A DNA stretch of 64,000 nucleotides from Nitrosopumilus sp. (GCA_965203315.1 OZ241857.1:640001-704000); one strand, 5' to 3'; shown: positions 32,412 to 42,790, numbered from the stretch's first letter. Notes: generated by a model from the letters alone, not told the origin. A program made the numbers and translations.

Positions 32412-32861
32412 TCAAGTCAAGCTCTTGAACTTGTCTCTAGTCATGCCGAGAATAACCTTCTCACCGACACCCCAGATATCTGACTTTGAGATGATCCTAG
32501 AGTGTAATAGTCCATCGCTGATCTCCAACGACTCTACCTCATTTGTTTCAGGATTACGGTGGATGCGTTTTACTTTACCTATCTTTCTACGATCTAGATC
32601 AATTACTGGAACACCAGTTCGTACAGGAGGTCTAGACAGCAAGAGAGTCTCATTCGAGAACTTGTCTATATAGTCATCACCCAGATAATAGTCTCTCTTG
32701 AATCCTTGGTGAACAGTAACTCCACATACAACTAGGGTGTTTTGATTTATGTGTACGTGTTTTACCTTTCCATACTCTATGCCTTCTCTATCAATAACCT
32801 TCTTTCCAGTAAATGTATCTGCCGTAGCAACATTCTCAGGCATTCCATCTATTACTGACAT
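32412..32861 (-). CDS. Tandem PRC-barrel domain protein
   Basis: GKKVIDREG..GKV repeated twice. Confidence 0.8.
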   Translation of the reverse strand: MSVIDGMPENVATADTFTGKKVIDREGIEYGKVKHVHINQNTLVVCGVTVHQGFKRDYYLGDDYIDKFSNETLLLSRPPVRTGVPVIDLDRRKIGKVKRIHRNPETNEVESLEISDGLLHSRIISKSDIWGVGEKVILGMTRDKFKSLT

Positions 32862-33059
32862 GTCAGATAATGATAGAGTTTGTTTATCATATCAAGTGTA
32901 AGAAAAGTCTAGCAATCAAGTTAAATTACTTGACTAACAATGGCTCTACATGGCAGAGACGTTTATTGCAACTTTGATAACCAAAGGGCGAAGAACAGGA
33001 AGAGAGCATGCAGTAAAACTAAAAGCTGTAAGATATGCTATCCATGTGAATAGCTTATA

Positions 33060-33233
33060 AAGATTTACTCTGATTCACGACTATTGTGCATAGCATACGC
33101 TAGGGATGTGTTCCCATGTAAAGGACTGCGAACATATATCCATTCGAGTGGTTAACTCACTATCATTCTTCGTCCATTCGTCAAAATCTGTACATTTAGG
33201 TCGCCGAGTGATATCTCAAATATCTTCCGTACG
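33060..33233 (-). ncRNA. Putative bridge/seekRNA of IS110 element 1
   Basis: Blocks conserved with 39978-40160; target-like CGACCTA and donor-like ATGGATA next to short hairpins; ends approximate. Confidence 0.6.
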
Positions 33234-34370
33234 TTAATGATTTCGACTACAATGTGTGACATAATCATCCCTATCTATAAGCATATGGTACATCAATCGT
33301 AGTAGTTTGGAGGCAGTTGCAACAGTTGCTTTGCTTACCGCGCGTCTCTTTTTAATTCTGTTATGAAATTTTGTAATGTAACTATGGGGCTCACATTTTA
33401 TGTGTACATGAACTGCTTCGGTCAATGCCCATCTAAGCATTTTATCACCTTTCCTCGTTATATGTCCATGATTTTGTTTACCATCTGAATTACGAACAGA
33501 TGGTACTATTCCTGCATACGAACATATCTTACGAACAGTTGGGAATCTCTTGACATCTCCAATACTAGATATTACAACAAGTGCAACAAAGTTTCCAACT
33601 CCGGGAATCGTCTTTAACAACTGTGCATCTTGTGATCTCTTTACCTCCTCACGCATTTTAATATCCAATTGTCTAATCATTTCTTCATGGCAAGTTATCA
33701 TATCTAGATAGTTGTCTATTCTATAATCCTCAAGTTTCTTCAATTCCTCTCTAAATGACTTGCTAAAACTTGAACCAGGTATTTTAATCCCATATTGCAG
33801 TAATATCCCATGTATGAGATTCTTGTATTTTGTTCTACTCTTTACAATTACATCCCTATGTCGAACCAACTGTTTTAATTTAACAGTGTATTCACTAGGA
33901 ACAAAACAAGGCGAGATATAATTTCCTCTTAAAAGATCTGCCAGTGTCCATGCATCCACCTTGTCTGTCTTTTTCTTTGATTCGGCAATAGCCTTTGTTT
34001 GATATGGATTCGATAGTACTACATCAAATCCCAATTCATCTGTCAAGTATCTATACAGCCAATACCATACTGACGATGACTCCATCACACAACGTGTATT
34101 GAGTGGTGTAAATTGTGCAAAGAATTTTTTGAGACTGTCATGATCTGTAGCAACACGCTCATTGAGTATACGCTTGCCATCCTGATCCATTGCTGCAATT
34201 TGCAGAAACCTCTTGTGTGCATCTATTCCGATATAGATCATCTTGTTTTTCTTTTTTAGATGGGTAATCTGTTCGTTTGCATTTTCTCTTTTAGATCGCT
34301 TTACAGGTGATCGCTTGGATCGACTCACATACCTTCTATCATCTGAATGTACTCTGATCGGCTTCTTCAC
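33234..34370 (-). CDS. IS110-family transposase/recombinase
   Basis: YIGIDAHK, ESSS, KTDKVDA, TIPGVG, YAGIVP. Confidence 0.95.
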   Translation of the reverse strand: MKKPIRVHSDDRRYVSRSKRSPVKRSKRENANEQITHLKKKNKMIYIGIDAHKRFLQIAAMDQDGKRILNERVATDHDSLKKFFAQFTPLNTRCVMESSSVWYWLYRYLTDELGFDVVLSNPYQTKAIAESKKKTDKVDAWTLADLLRGNYISPCFVPSEYTVKLKQLVRHRDVIVKSRTKYKNLIHGILLQYGIKIPGSSFSKSFREELKKLEDYRIDNYLDMITCHEEMIRQLDIKMREEVKRSQDAQLLKTIPGVGNFVALVVISSIGDVKRFPTVRKICSYAGIVPSVRNSDGKQNHGHITRKGDKMLRWALTEAVHVHIKCEPHSYITKFHNRIKKRRAVSKATVATASKLLRLMYHMLIDRDDYVTHCSRNH

Positions 34371-34779
34371 ATATGGTTAGATCGTGGTACTTTTCCAGAC
34401 ACCGTCCTGATAGCGACTGGTTTCAGAATGCACTTGCCTACCCCATGGTAAAGATATCACACAAGGAGGAGGTGCTCAATGGTATCGCAAGAGAGATAAC
34501 AGATCCCAAACTAGTACAGTCAATATCAAATGCCAAGTATCCAAACGAAGAGCGTGCAAAAGAACCACGGGTTGTGATCGAGGTCAAGGTACAGGATTTG
34601 TCCGCATCAGACACAACATAGAGATCTTGGATCATGATACGTATTGCAGGTATAGACACGCAACTCGTGGACAAAAGTCTCAATACTCGTCATATATTCT
34701 TAGGATTTGTCCACGATACCCATGACAAGACCATACTAGTTTGAGAACTTTTATTACAGTTGAGGTTCAGAGTCCGAAT

Positions 34780-35340
34780 ATGCCCATGACAAGACCAATA
34801 GTCAGCATCGAGAATGTCGTTGCGTCTGCAGCCGTAGAGCAAAAGATGGATCTAAATGAGATCACAAAGACCTTCTCTGACGTAGAGTATCATCCAGATC
34901 AGTTTCCTGGACTCGTGTTTAGATTAAAGAGTCCCAAAACAGCCACATTGATATTTAGTTCTGGTAAGATGGTATGTACTGGATCCAAATCTGAAGAGTT
35001 GGCAAGAAAAGCGGTAAAGACAGTAGTCCAAAGACTGCGAAGAGGAGGAATCAAGATAAAAAAAGATGCTACGGTCGAGATTCAGAATATTGTAGCGGCT
35101 ATAAATTTGGGTGGAAAAATTCACTTGGAACAAGCGGCACGGACATTACCAAGAAGCATATATGAACCAGAACAATTTCCAGGACTAATTCACAGAATGA
35201 TTGATCCAAAGACAGTAATCCTAGTATTCTCTTCTGGCAAGCTTGTATGTGCAGGTACAAAACACGAGTCAGATGTATATCGAGCTGTAAACACTTTGCA
35301 TTCACAACTAGAAGATAAAGATCTCATGATATACGACTAG
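34780..35340 (+). CDS. tbp: TATA-box binding protein
   Basis: Two repeats IENVVAS/IQNIVA, YHPDQFPGL/YEPEQFPGL, FSSGK; ATG at 34780 preferred over TTG at 34741. Confidence 0.97.
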   Translation: MPMTRPIVSIENVVASAAVEQKMDLNEITKTFSDVEYHPDQFPGLVFRLKSPKTATLIFSSGKMVCTGSKSEELARKAVKTVVQRLRRGGIKIKKDATVEIQNIVAAINLGGKIHLEQAARTLPRSIYEPEQFPGLIHRMIDPKTVILVFSSGKLVCAGTKHESDVYRAVNTLHSQLEDKDLMIYD

Positions 35341-35493
35341 AGTAGTCATGGACAAAAACAAGTTTACTCTCGTTCATGACTTGTTGATGAATTGTTTTGC
35401 CACACGGTTATCAGAGTAAGAGATTGATCGATAACATGATAGGCAAGTGTGACTGTAAACTCGATTGTATCCAAACCACACATGCAAACAAGA

Positions 35494-35820
35494 TCAGATG
35501 ATTCTACTACCTGGTGGCACATCGCCAGGTACTGTTAACCAAAACGGTTTATCGTCCACATCTGCGGCTAACAGCATCGCGTTGGATTTGACGCCAGCAA
35601 TCTCTTTTGGTTCAAGATTAGTTATAACAACTACGGTTTTGCCAACTAGATCTTTTGGAGCATAGTATTGTGCGCCACCAACAATAACTGTACGTTGATC
35701 TCCATTACCGAGATCTATAAGCCCTTGAACTATTTTGGACTTGCCCGGTATAGGAGTGATCGATGTTATGCGAGCTGTACGTAGATCGATCTTTTTAAAA
35801 TCATCATAAGACACATGCAT
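35494..35820 (-). CDS. tRNA-binding domain protein (Trbp111/CsaA/MetRS C-terminal-like)
   Basis: YDDFKKIDLR, NLEPKEIAGVKSNAMLLA. Confidence 0.9.
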   Translation of the reverse strand: MHVSYDDFKKIDLRTARITSITPIPGKSKIVQGLIDLGNGDQRTVIVGGAQYYAPKDLVGKTVVVITNLEPKEIAGVKSNAMLLAADVDDKPFWLTVPGDVPPGSRII

Positions 35821-35938
35821 GACTAGTGTATAGAATTGGGTTTAAAATGACTTTCTAATATTAGTGAACATGTGGATAATTTGTTCTAGTCCAGATAAGA
35901 TATGTAACATTACAGTACAACGAAGAATGTTTTTCATA

Positions 35939-36075
35939 GACTGTATGCGTGTTTCTTACATCATATGCACACTTAAGTACAATAAAACACACGTGTGATT
36001 TCTAGAGGCAGATTGATTCATTGTTATCGAGTTTGGTGATTGGGCATGGGCACTCTTAATAATACGCATACAGTC
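35939..36075. mobile_element. MITE family A copy 2
   Basis: TIR GACTGTATGCG. Confidence 0.9.
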
Positions 36076-36266
36076 TCATGCATTCTAGTAAATTGGTAGC
36101 GATCAACAGTTTTTGTATGAGAATTCTAAAAACTTTGCAAAATAAGACGGTCAGCGTATTGTCTATGACAAATTATCCTCACTACACCCATGTTTCTGAT
36201 CACATAGCACGTGTTGATTCACACAGTATCACCTCGATCTCAACCCCCTACCAGCATAACAGAATC

Positions 36267-36734
36267 TTATCTGGTTTCAGCAATATCTAATAAACTTTTT
36301 AAATTATCTTGAATATCTTGTAATATTTTTTCTGCTTCTAGTTGAGTCATATTACGTCGATGATGAGCGACCTCACTCAAGAATTTATATTGTCTCGCAA
36401 GTTGCTCGCATAACTCTTGTCTTTTTTTATATGTGAGTTTTGATTTTTTGTTCGTGCCATAAATTAACATTTCTGTATTATCCAAAAGGTTGTTAACTCT
36501 ATCGCTGTAACCTCTTACTTTGAGTTCCGCAACACCATAAATAGATCGTTTAATCCTTGCTAAAAGATCAATCACTTCTCTCAACGAATGTGCAAAATGT
36601 ACCATTCTGTCATTATGGCGTAAATAAAGTACATCTACTGCGCCCAAATAAGCTGTCTTGATCAAAGGAGAATACTCTCCAAGATTCTCAGACAACAATA
36701 TTTGTTTATCAATGCGTATCATCCTCAATAGCAT
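36267..36734 (-). CDS. Hypothetical helical protein, possible HEPN-like nuclease
   Basis: FAHSLRE and SEVAHH motifs; AT-rich; flanked by MITEs. Confidence 0.45.
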   Translation of the reverse strand: MLLRMIRIDKQILLSENLGEYSPLIKTAYLGAVDVLYLRHNDRMVHFAHSLREVIDLLARIKRSIYGVAELKVRGYSDRVNNLLDNTEMLIYGTNKKSKLTYKKRQELCEQLARQYKFLSEVAHHRRNMTQLEAEKILQDIQDNLKSLLDIAETR

Positions 36735-36806
36735 ATGTGAGATATACTATAAATCTATAGGTTATTACACAATAACCCATAAATTGCCATAATTTTTATA
36801 GGATTA

Positions 36807-36943
36807 GACTGTATGCGCGTTATTAAGAGTGTCCATGCCCAATCATCAAACACAACAACAACGAATCAATTTGCCTCTGGAAATCACACCTGTGTTTTAT
36901 TGTACTTAAGTGTGCGTATGATGTAAGAAATACGCATACAGTC
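36807..36943. mobile_element. MITE family A copy 3 (inverted)
   Basis: TIRs with TA on both sides. Confidence 0.9.
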
Positions 36944-37060
36944 TATAGCAAGACGTAACCGGTTAAGTCCCTTTTAAAGGAATACGTATAGTTCACAAAA
37001 CATCACTATCAGATACCAGATATGCAAATGCTCTGCTAGAATCGAGTTTTGGTGTGAAAA

Positions 37061-38680
37061 TTATACGCCGTTTATGAGATCACTGACGTCTTGTTTCTTT
37101 AAGATTCGCAACAATACGTCATGAATGTTCTTGCCTTGTTTGCGACACGTCAGAAAGATTGTCCACAGAATAGACCAATTCTTTCTTCCTGTTTCTGATA
37201 CGATGTGTTGTGATATTTTACGTTTGATCACAGGTTTGCGAACATATCTCTCGGTCTCGTTGTTTGTTGGGTCCATTCCAGGATGTTGTACAAACGTAAG
37301 CAGATCTGGTGCAGCATTGCGCAATGTCGTGGCAAATTTCTTGTTGCCTAGCTTTTCATGTTGGTTTGCAATCTCGTACAGTTTGCCCAGTAGATCAGAT
37401 ACGTCTCCTGGCGGCCGTTTTTTTGCAGTATGAAATACCCACTGTAGCTCTCGGTGTAGTGCCTGCGTTGCTGCTGCATATTTTGTTGTGTCTAGCGCTC
37501 CTTTTGAGTCACGTATGACATGCACCCAACATCGCTGTTTCTTGATTCCCAACAGTTTACAGAGGATTTGATATACGATATATCCGTCAACAGTCATCGA
37601 CATACGCAGAAATTCTTTGAAAAACTGTTCCAAAACAACTCTTGAACGAGAGGTTGCGATATATACAATTACATGTCCATCTGTGACTGCTATCCAACCA
37701 TATCCTCTTGCTAGTTTTACTTTATATGGAAATTCATCGAATTTTACGAATTTGGTCTTTTTTGCTGCTGTTTTAATTGCATCTGCGACTGGCTCTGCTG
37801 CTGTGGCTAGTGCATTGATGGCATTATTTATTGAAGATTTTGTTACGTTTATATCATAAACCTCTTGAAAATGGTCTCTAATCATACCTTGAGACAGATT
37901 ATTGGCTAATAGACTGCCCATATTGCTAACGAGATTTGCACCAAACTCTGTACCTTTGACCTTGTCTGGGATATCGTCTGCTGTATTCCATGTGTATGAA
38001 CAATCCATGCAGGCATATTCGTGTCCGATGTTTGTTGTCGTTGTAGCAGAAATTTGAGGTGGAATGTCTGTAAGTCTATTTACTGTTGGTTTTTTGTGTT
38101 TGATGTTACGGCTCTTACACTTTGGGCATTTACTGGCCTTGCGTTGTATAACCTTTACAGATTTTCGTTTACTAGTGCGTGACCCCGCATGGTTTTTAGG
38201 TCGACCTGCTCGTTTGTGTTTGTTTTCTGGTTTCTTTTTTTCCTTACTAGCTCTTTGTGCTGTAAAACTGATTGTAGATGATGACATGTGTGGACTGTTG
38301 TAGAAATTGAGTGGAATGTCCTGTGCTGTAAGTTTTTTATTCTGTTCATCGATTATACTATACAGATGCATGGCTAGATCGTTATCTTTACTTTCACCTT
38401 GACTCATATCTCGTATAATCTCATTTAACTCTGTAATCTTTTGTTCTTTCTCTGCAAGTCTATACTGCGTATCAACTAGTTGGTTACTCTGTTCGGTTAG
38501 TTGATGAGTCATCTCGGCAATAGTTAGATCACGTTCTACTATCGTTGCTGTTTGTCTATCGTTCTCTGATTTTAGAGTGTCTCTTTCTTTTACAATATCA
38601 TCATACATTTCCCATACTCGACTCAACTCTTTTCTGACCAGCACAGTTTCTTGCTTTGACATGTTCATATCTAGTACCAA
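37061..38680 (-). CDS. IS66-family transposase
   Basis: Coiled coil, Zn finger, DE..DGY..QRCWVH, PTNNETER. Confidence 0.92.
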   Translation of the reverse strand: MVLDMNMSKQETVLVRKELSRVWEMYDDIVKERDTLKSENDRQTATIVERDLTIAEMTHQLTEQSNQLVDTQYRLAEKEQKITELNEIIRDMSQGESKDNDLAMHLYSIIDEQNKKLTAQDIPLNFYNSPHMSSSTISFTAQRASKEKKKPENKHKRAGRPKNHAGSRTSKRKSVKVIQRKASKCPKCKSRNIKHKKPTVNRLTDIPPQISATTTTNIGHEYACMDCSYTWNTADDIPDKVKGTEFGANLVSNMGSLLANNLSQGMIRDHFQEVYDINVTKSSINNAINALATAAEPVADAIKTAAKKTKFVKFDEFPYKVKLARGYGWIAVTDGHVIVYIATSRSRVVLEQFFKEFLRMSMTVDGYIVYQILCKLLGIKKQRCWVHVIRDSKGALDTTKYAAATQALHRELQWVFHTAKKRPPGDVSDLLGKLYEIANQHEKLGNKKFATTLRNAAPDLLTFVQHPGMDPTNNETERYVRKPVIKRKISQHIVSETGRKNWSILWTIFLTCRKQGKNIHDVLLRILKKQDVSDLINGV

Positions 38681-38849
38681 CTAGTATATTGATATGTACG
38701 TCAAAGTTATACGACACATTGCTAAAATATTACGATCAATATTGTTATGCAAATTACTTGGACACATCAATATACGATGATATCTGCTGAACTTTGATAT
38801 TTCACAAGAATCCCACACAAATTGGCCTTTATAAGGAACTTAACCGTAT

Positions 38850-39977
38850 GTGAAGGTGCATTCAACAAAGATAGATGGTGATAAGCATGCTGGTCGATCC
38901 AAAGAATCGTCTACAAAGCCCAAGACAGATGGAAACACACACATTATACGACTACCCAAGAGAATCAAGATGATCTATGTAGGGATAGATGCTCACAAAA
39001 AGTTTCTCCAGATAGCAGCAGTAGATGAAAAAGGCAAATTGCTACTCAATGAGCGTGTAATTAATGAACATAGGTATGTTAAAGAATTCTTTGCTCAATT
39101 TCCTAGGGATAAAACAAAATGTGTGGTAGAGTCATCATCAGTATGGCAAGGGTTGTTCAGATACATTAGAGATGATCTGGGGTTTGATATTATACTGTCT
39201 AACCCATATCAAACCAAAGCTATTGCTTCATCAAAGAAAAAGACAGACAAAGCAGACGCCAAAATACTAGCAGACCTACTCAGAGGAGATTACGTAACAG
39301 AATGTTATGTGGCTGATCTGTACACTATGGAATCAAGAGAATTAGTTAGATATAGAAACAGTCTCGTACAACATAAAACAGATTTTAAGAATCTAATTCA
39401 TGCAATAACACTACAAAAAGGAATCAAGATAATAGGTACACCATTTACTCGAGGATATACAAAACAATTAGAAACAATTGGAGACAGACGTATACTAGGA
39501 TATCTAAATCTAATTAATTCAATTAACGATGAAATTACTAGGACTAATTTTGAGATAAAGAGAAGAGTAGAAGAATCTAAATCTGCTCAATTACTGAAAA
39601 CTATTCCTGGCATTGGAGACTATATTGCACTTACAATATCTTCAGAGATTGGCGACATATCTAGATTTAACGACGCAGACAAACTATGCATGTATGCCGG
39701 AATAGTTCCTGCAGTATATAACTCGGGAGAAAAAAAAATAAAAGGAAGAATAACAAAACGAGGAAGCGGTATAATGAGATGGGTTCTAGTTGAGGCCATA
39801 CGAGTACATGTTGTTCATGCTAAAGATAGTCATATTACAAAATTTTACAACAAGCTCGCAAAAAAGAAAGGAAAGAAAAAAGCAGCAGTTGCAGCAGCTG
39901 CAAAGCTACTCAGAATTGCGTATTACATGCTCAAAAAGGAGGAAAAATTTGATATACATTATGGTCAGAATCGTTAA
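38850..39977 (+). CDS. IS110-family transposase/recombinase
   Basis: YVGIDAHK, KTDKADA, TIPGIG, YAGIVP. Confidence 0.95.
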   Translation: MKVHSTKIDGDKHAGRSKESSTKPKTDGNTHIIRLPKRIKMIYVGIDAHKKFLQIAAVDEKGKLLLNERVINEHRYVKEFFAQFPRDKTKCVVESSSVWQGLFRYIRDDLGFDIILSNPYQTKAIASSKKKTDKADAKILADLLRGDYVTECYVADLYTMESRELVRYRNSLVQHKTDFKNLIHAITLQKGIKIIGTPFTRGYTKQLETIGDRRILGYLNLINSINDEITRTNFEIKRRVEESKSAQLLKTIPGIGDYIALTISSEIGDISRFNDADKLCMYAGIVPAVYNSGEKKIKGRITKRGSGIMRWVLVEAIRVHVVHAKDSHITKFYNKLAKKKGKKKAAVAAAAKLLRIAYYMLKKEEKFDIHYGQNR

Positions 39978-40160
39978 AGTGCGTGCTACCGGTTGGGAGA
40001 AAATCATCCCGTGAACTTAATTGCATAGATTCTGATAAAAGGACGAAGAATGGTGGTGGGACATTGCGAACCCGGATGGATAATTATCCGAAATCCTTTG
40101 ATTGATAGGAACACATTCCTAGCGTAAGCTATGCACCACAATCATAAGATCTCTAAAACC
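39978..40160 (+). ncRNA. Putative bridge/seekRNA of IS110 element 2
   Basis: ACCGGTT and GAACTTA match both halves of its own target; ATGGATAA matches the circle junction; ends approximate. Confidence 0.7.
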
Positions 40161-40247
40161 TTTATAAATACTTCACATGGATAACCGGTTACAGCAAGAC
40201 CAACACAAAATATAAATATGACGCAATCAATAAAAATATGAGAAAAA

Positions 40248-41612
40248 TTGCTAGTTGAGAAAGCAAAAGGCATTTCAGAGTTTTTACAATCTTTTGAAGA
40301 GTCTGAACCAAACTTGGATGGTGAAAAAACGTTCAGAGAATTTGTTGCGAATCACATAAGAGAGGCTTCCAAGCATGCCGACTCGATAACTACTCTTCCA
40401 TCACAGATGCAAAATGAATATCTACAAGCTATGAGTGATTCGGTCTATTTTCGAGGAGAGCCTGACTGGCATCCACTTTTAAATTTGATCGAGCAGATAA
40501 TCAACGACTCTAAATACCATCCAGAATTGATCAATAGTGATATGACAAATCTTGCATCAGACATACTTGAAAATGGAATGCGTCGGAATGTTATCAGTTA
40601 CTCCTTAAAAGAACGAGTATGGGATATTATTCTAAAGATAGTTGAGATAGGAGACATGTACAATGAACCAGAACATGCCACATCTATGGCAGCTGAGTCT
40701 TTTAAACAATCAGTAAAAAATATCGGTGGAAAGTCATACCATGTGTTGTACATGTATTTGGTTTGGTGCAACGATAATAATGAACCAAATAACAGATTCA
40801 AAGATGTCAAACAAATCTTTGAAAGGTACCTAACAAATACCAAAAAATATACAATATCTAGGCATGCAGTATTTGGGTATTTTTTATCTAGATCGTTATA
40901 CATAAACAGACAGTGGACACTAGATGTGGTGATAAAGAAGATAGAATCAAGTTCATTATATTTCAAGATATCTTTTTGGCATTGTTATCTGTTTAATGAA
41001 AAAGAGAGAGAGTTGTTCATTACAATGAGATCATGGTACCGTGAATTTCTCACTAATCGTGAGATCATACATGTCATACATGACAATAGACTGTACAGGA
41101 AAACTATTGAACATGTTACAATAGCCTTTCTGTATGATGTAAAAGGTTTTGATGAAATATTGACAGAGTTTATCAATGATGCTGACGACAAGTCGTTAGA
41201 ATGCTGTTTCAACATTGCGTTTATCGCTTCAACAGACAAAGAGAATAGCATCAGAGTTAAACCTAAAATACATTTATTGTGGAAAGATAAGAGATTTGTA
41301 AACTCGTCCAACTTTGAAATCTGGTTCAAGGAGAGCATATTTGACAAAGATAACATTGATCTATTGTTGTATTATATTCAAAACCGAACTAGAGAGTTTC
41401 CAGACAGTGAATTCCCCATTGATCGACTTGCAGAATACATAGACGATTGTCCATTAAAGGTAGCACAATGTATAAAGATGCTTGTAGGCAGACATGTAGG
41501 TCTAACACACAAGACTATACAACCACTACTAGACAAACTATGCAAGAACAATAATCCAGAGATCATCAACATGTGTAGAGAGATTGACAAAAAGATCAAA
41601 ACTACAACTTGA
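40248..41612 (+). CDS. Hypothetical alpha-helical protein, possibly 5'-truncated
   Basis: 454-aa ORF starting with TTG right after the IS66 end. Confidence 0.55.
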   Translation: MLVEKAKGISEFLQSFEESEPNLDGEKTFREFVANHIREASKHADSITTLPSQMQNEYLQAMSDSVYFRGEPDWHPLLNLIEQIINDSKYHPELINSDMTNLASDILENGMRRNVISYSLKERVWDIILKIVEIGDMYNEPEHATSMAAESFKQSVKNIGGKSYHVLYMYLVWCNDNNEPNNRFKDVKQIFERYLTNTKKYTISRHAVFGYFLSRSLYINRQWTLDVVIKKIESSSLYFKISFWHCYLFNEKERELFITMRSWYREFLTNREIIHVIHDNRLYRKTIEHVTIAFLYDVKGFDEILTEFINDADDKSLECCFNIAFIASTDKENSIRVKPKIHLLWKDKRFVNSSNFEIWFKESIFDKDNIDLLLYYIQNRTREFPDSEFPIDRLAEYIDDCPLKVAQCIKMLVGRHVGLTHKTIQPLLDKLCKNNNPEIINMCREIDKKIKTTT

Positions 41613-41645
41613 GTCCAAGTACACGAGTTAGAGATAGCAGCTGTA

Positions 41646-41784
41646 GACTGTATGCGTATTTCTTATGTCTTGTGCATATTTTGAGACACAATCAAACACA
41701 TATGTGATTTCCAGAAGCAAACTGATTCATTGTTGTCATGTTTGATGATTGGACATGAGCACTCTTAATAATACGCATACAGTT
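41646..41784. mobile_element. MITE family A copy 4
   Basis: TIRs, TA flanks. Confidence 0.9.
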
Positions 41785-42019
41785 TATAGAATCTTGTAGT
41801 GATTTTTCTGTAACAGTCATCCCACATAAGCCACAAAGATCCCAACAGATGTATTTACCAAGAAGCAACCTCCAAAACAGTTGTTGCTGAAGAATCACGA
41901 GATAAGTATCATGTCAAATGAGGGGACGAAATACTTTCCGGATCCTACACAGCCCACACGAAACCGTCATGTACATAAAGGATTTATATCATAAATGGTA
42001 GATATTAGAGTGACTGGAA

Positions 42020-42430
42020 TTGACTAGTGTTCAAGTAAAGAGTACAGAAAAATCAGAGATGAATGAGATGTTAGCCAACATCAAACGACTACAGTCCATA
42101 GTAAGCAAGGTTCAAACCACAGCAACAGATTTGGCCCAAAGAGAAAAAACATGCATGGATAAAGTAAATTTAAAAATTATTGAAGTGTTTGATGTTGATT
42201 TTATAAAGCAGGTGTGTTATGAAAATGATGTTGAAGATAACGAAATAAAAATAGTTGTGATTTATGAACATAATGACTTTCAATACGCAGTTGACATAAT
42301 AGTTAATAGATTCGTACAATTTAAAAAATGTTTTAGGGGTATGTATCTAGAATTAATGTTTTTTCACACTACTGAAGTTAAACCAAACCGCCTAGAGGAT
42401 ACAACAACAGTTTTTAAAAGGAATATGTAA
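42020..42430 (+). CDS. MNT-like putative antitoxin, paralog 2
   Basis: VDFIKQVCYE motif. Confidence 0.55.
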   Translation: MTSVQVKSTEKSEMNEMLANIKRLQSIVSKVQTTATDLAQREKTCMDKVNLKIIEVFDVDFIKQVCYENDVEDNEIKIVVIYEHNDFQYAVDIIVNRFVQFKKCFRGMYLELMFFHTTEVKPNRLEDTTTVFKRNM

Positions 42431-42432
42431 TT

Positions 42433-42775
42433 ATGTGGCATTACGAAAAAAGTAATCGCAACATTGACACATATAATTACCTTCATAAAAAAAACTTCTG
42501 ATTATGTGGATTGGGAGGCAACCACTATATTTTATGCAGGATTGCATCTAGTTGATGATTATTTTGAGGATAGTAATATCAAAGTGCGAAAGAATCACAA
42601 GAAACGAAAGATAATGGTAGAGAAATATCTTTCAGATGTAGAGGCAGATTACGAACTTTTATTTACTCCAAGTATTCGTGCAAGATATGAAGACATACAG
42701 ATATCCAACAATGATGTAGATGTTGCACTACTTGCTTTTTCAAGGCTAAAATCAAAAATTCAGGCTCTTAGATAA
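42433..42775 (+). pseudogene. HEPN-like putative toxin, frameshifted at an A8 run (42487-42494)
   Basis: MWHYEKS.. start aligns with 48440; A7 restores ..DWEATTIFYAGLH..RARY. Confidence 0.65.
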
Positions 42776-42790
42776 CTAGACATCATGTAC

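Larger units (their letters stand above)
33041..34379 (-). mobile_element. IS110 family (IS1111-like) element 1
   Basis: Sub-terminal IRs (ATGTGAA/TTCACAT), TA core, ~190-bp 3' non-coding end. Confidence 0.85.
32950..34621 (+). pseudogene. Deazaflavin-dependent nitroreductase-like gene interrupted by IS110
   Basis: MAETFIATLITKGRRTGREHAVKL.. joins ..WYFSRHRPDSDWFQN in frame after the IS is removed. Confidence 0.75.
38843..40183 (+). mobile_element. IS110 family (IS1111-like) element 2
   Basis: Same end structure and length (~1.34 kb) as element 1; TA core. Confidence 0.88.
36955..40192 (-). mobile_element. IS66-family element; right TIR split by IS110 element 2
   Basis: TIR GTAACCGGTTAAGT(C/T)CCTT(T/A)TAAAGG; 8-bp TSD AGCAAGAC at 36947-36954 and 40193-40200. 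Confidence 0.92.
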
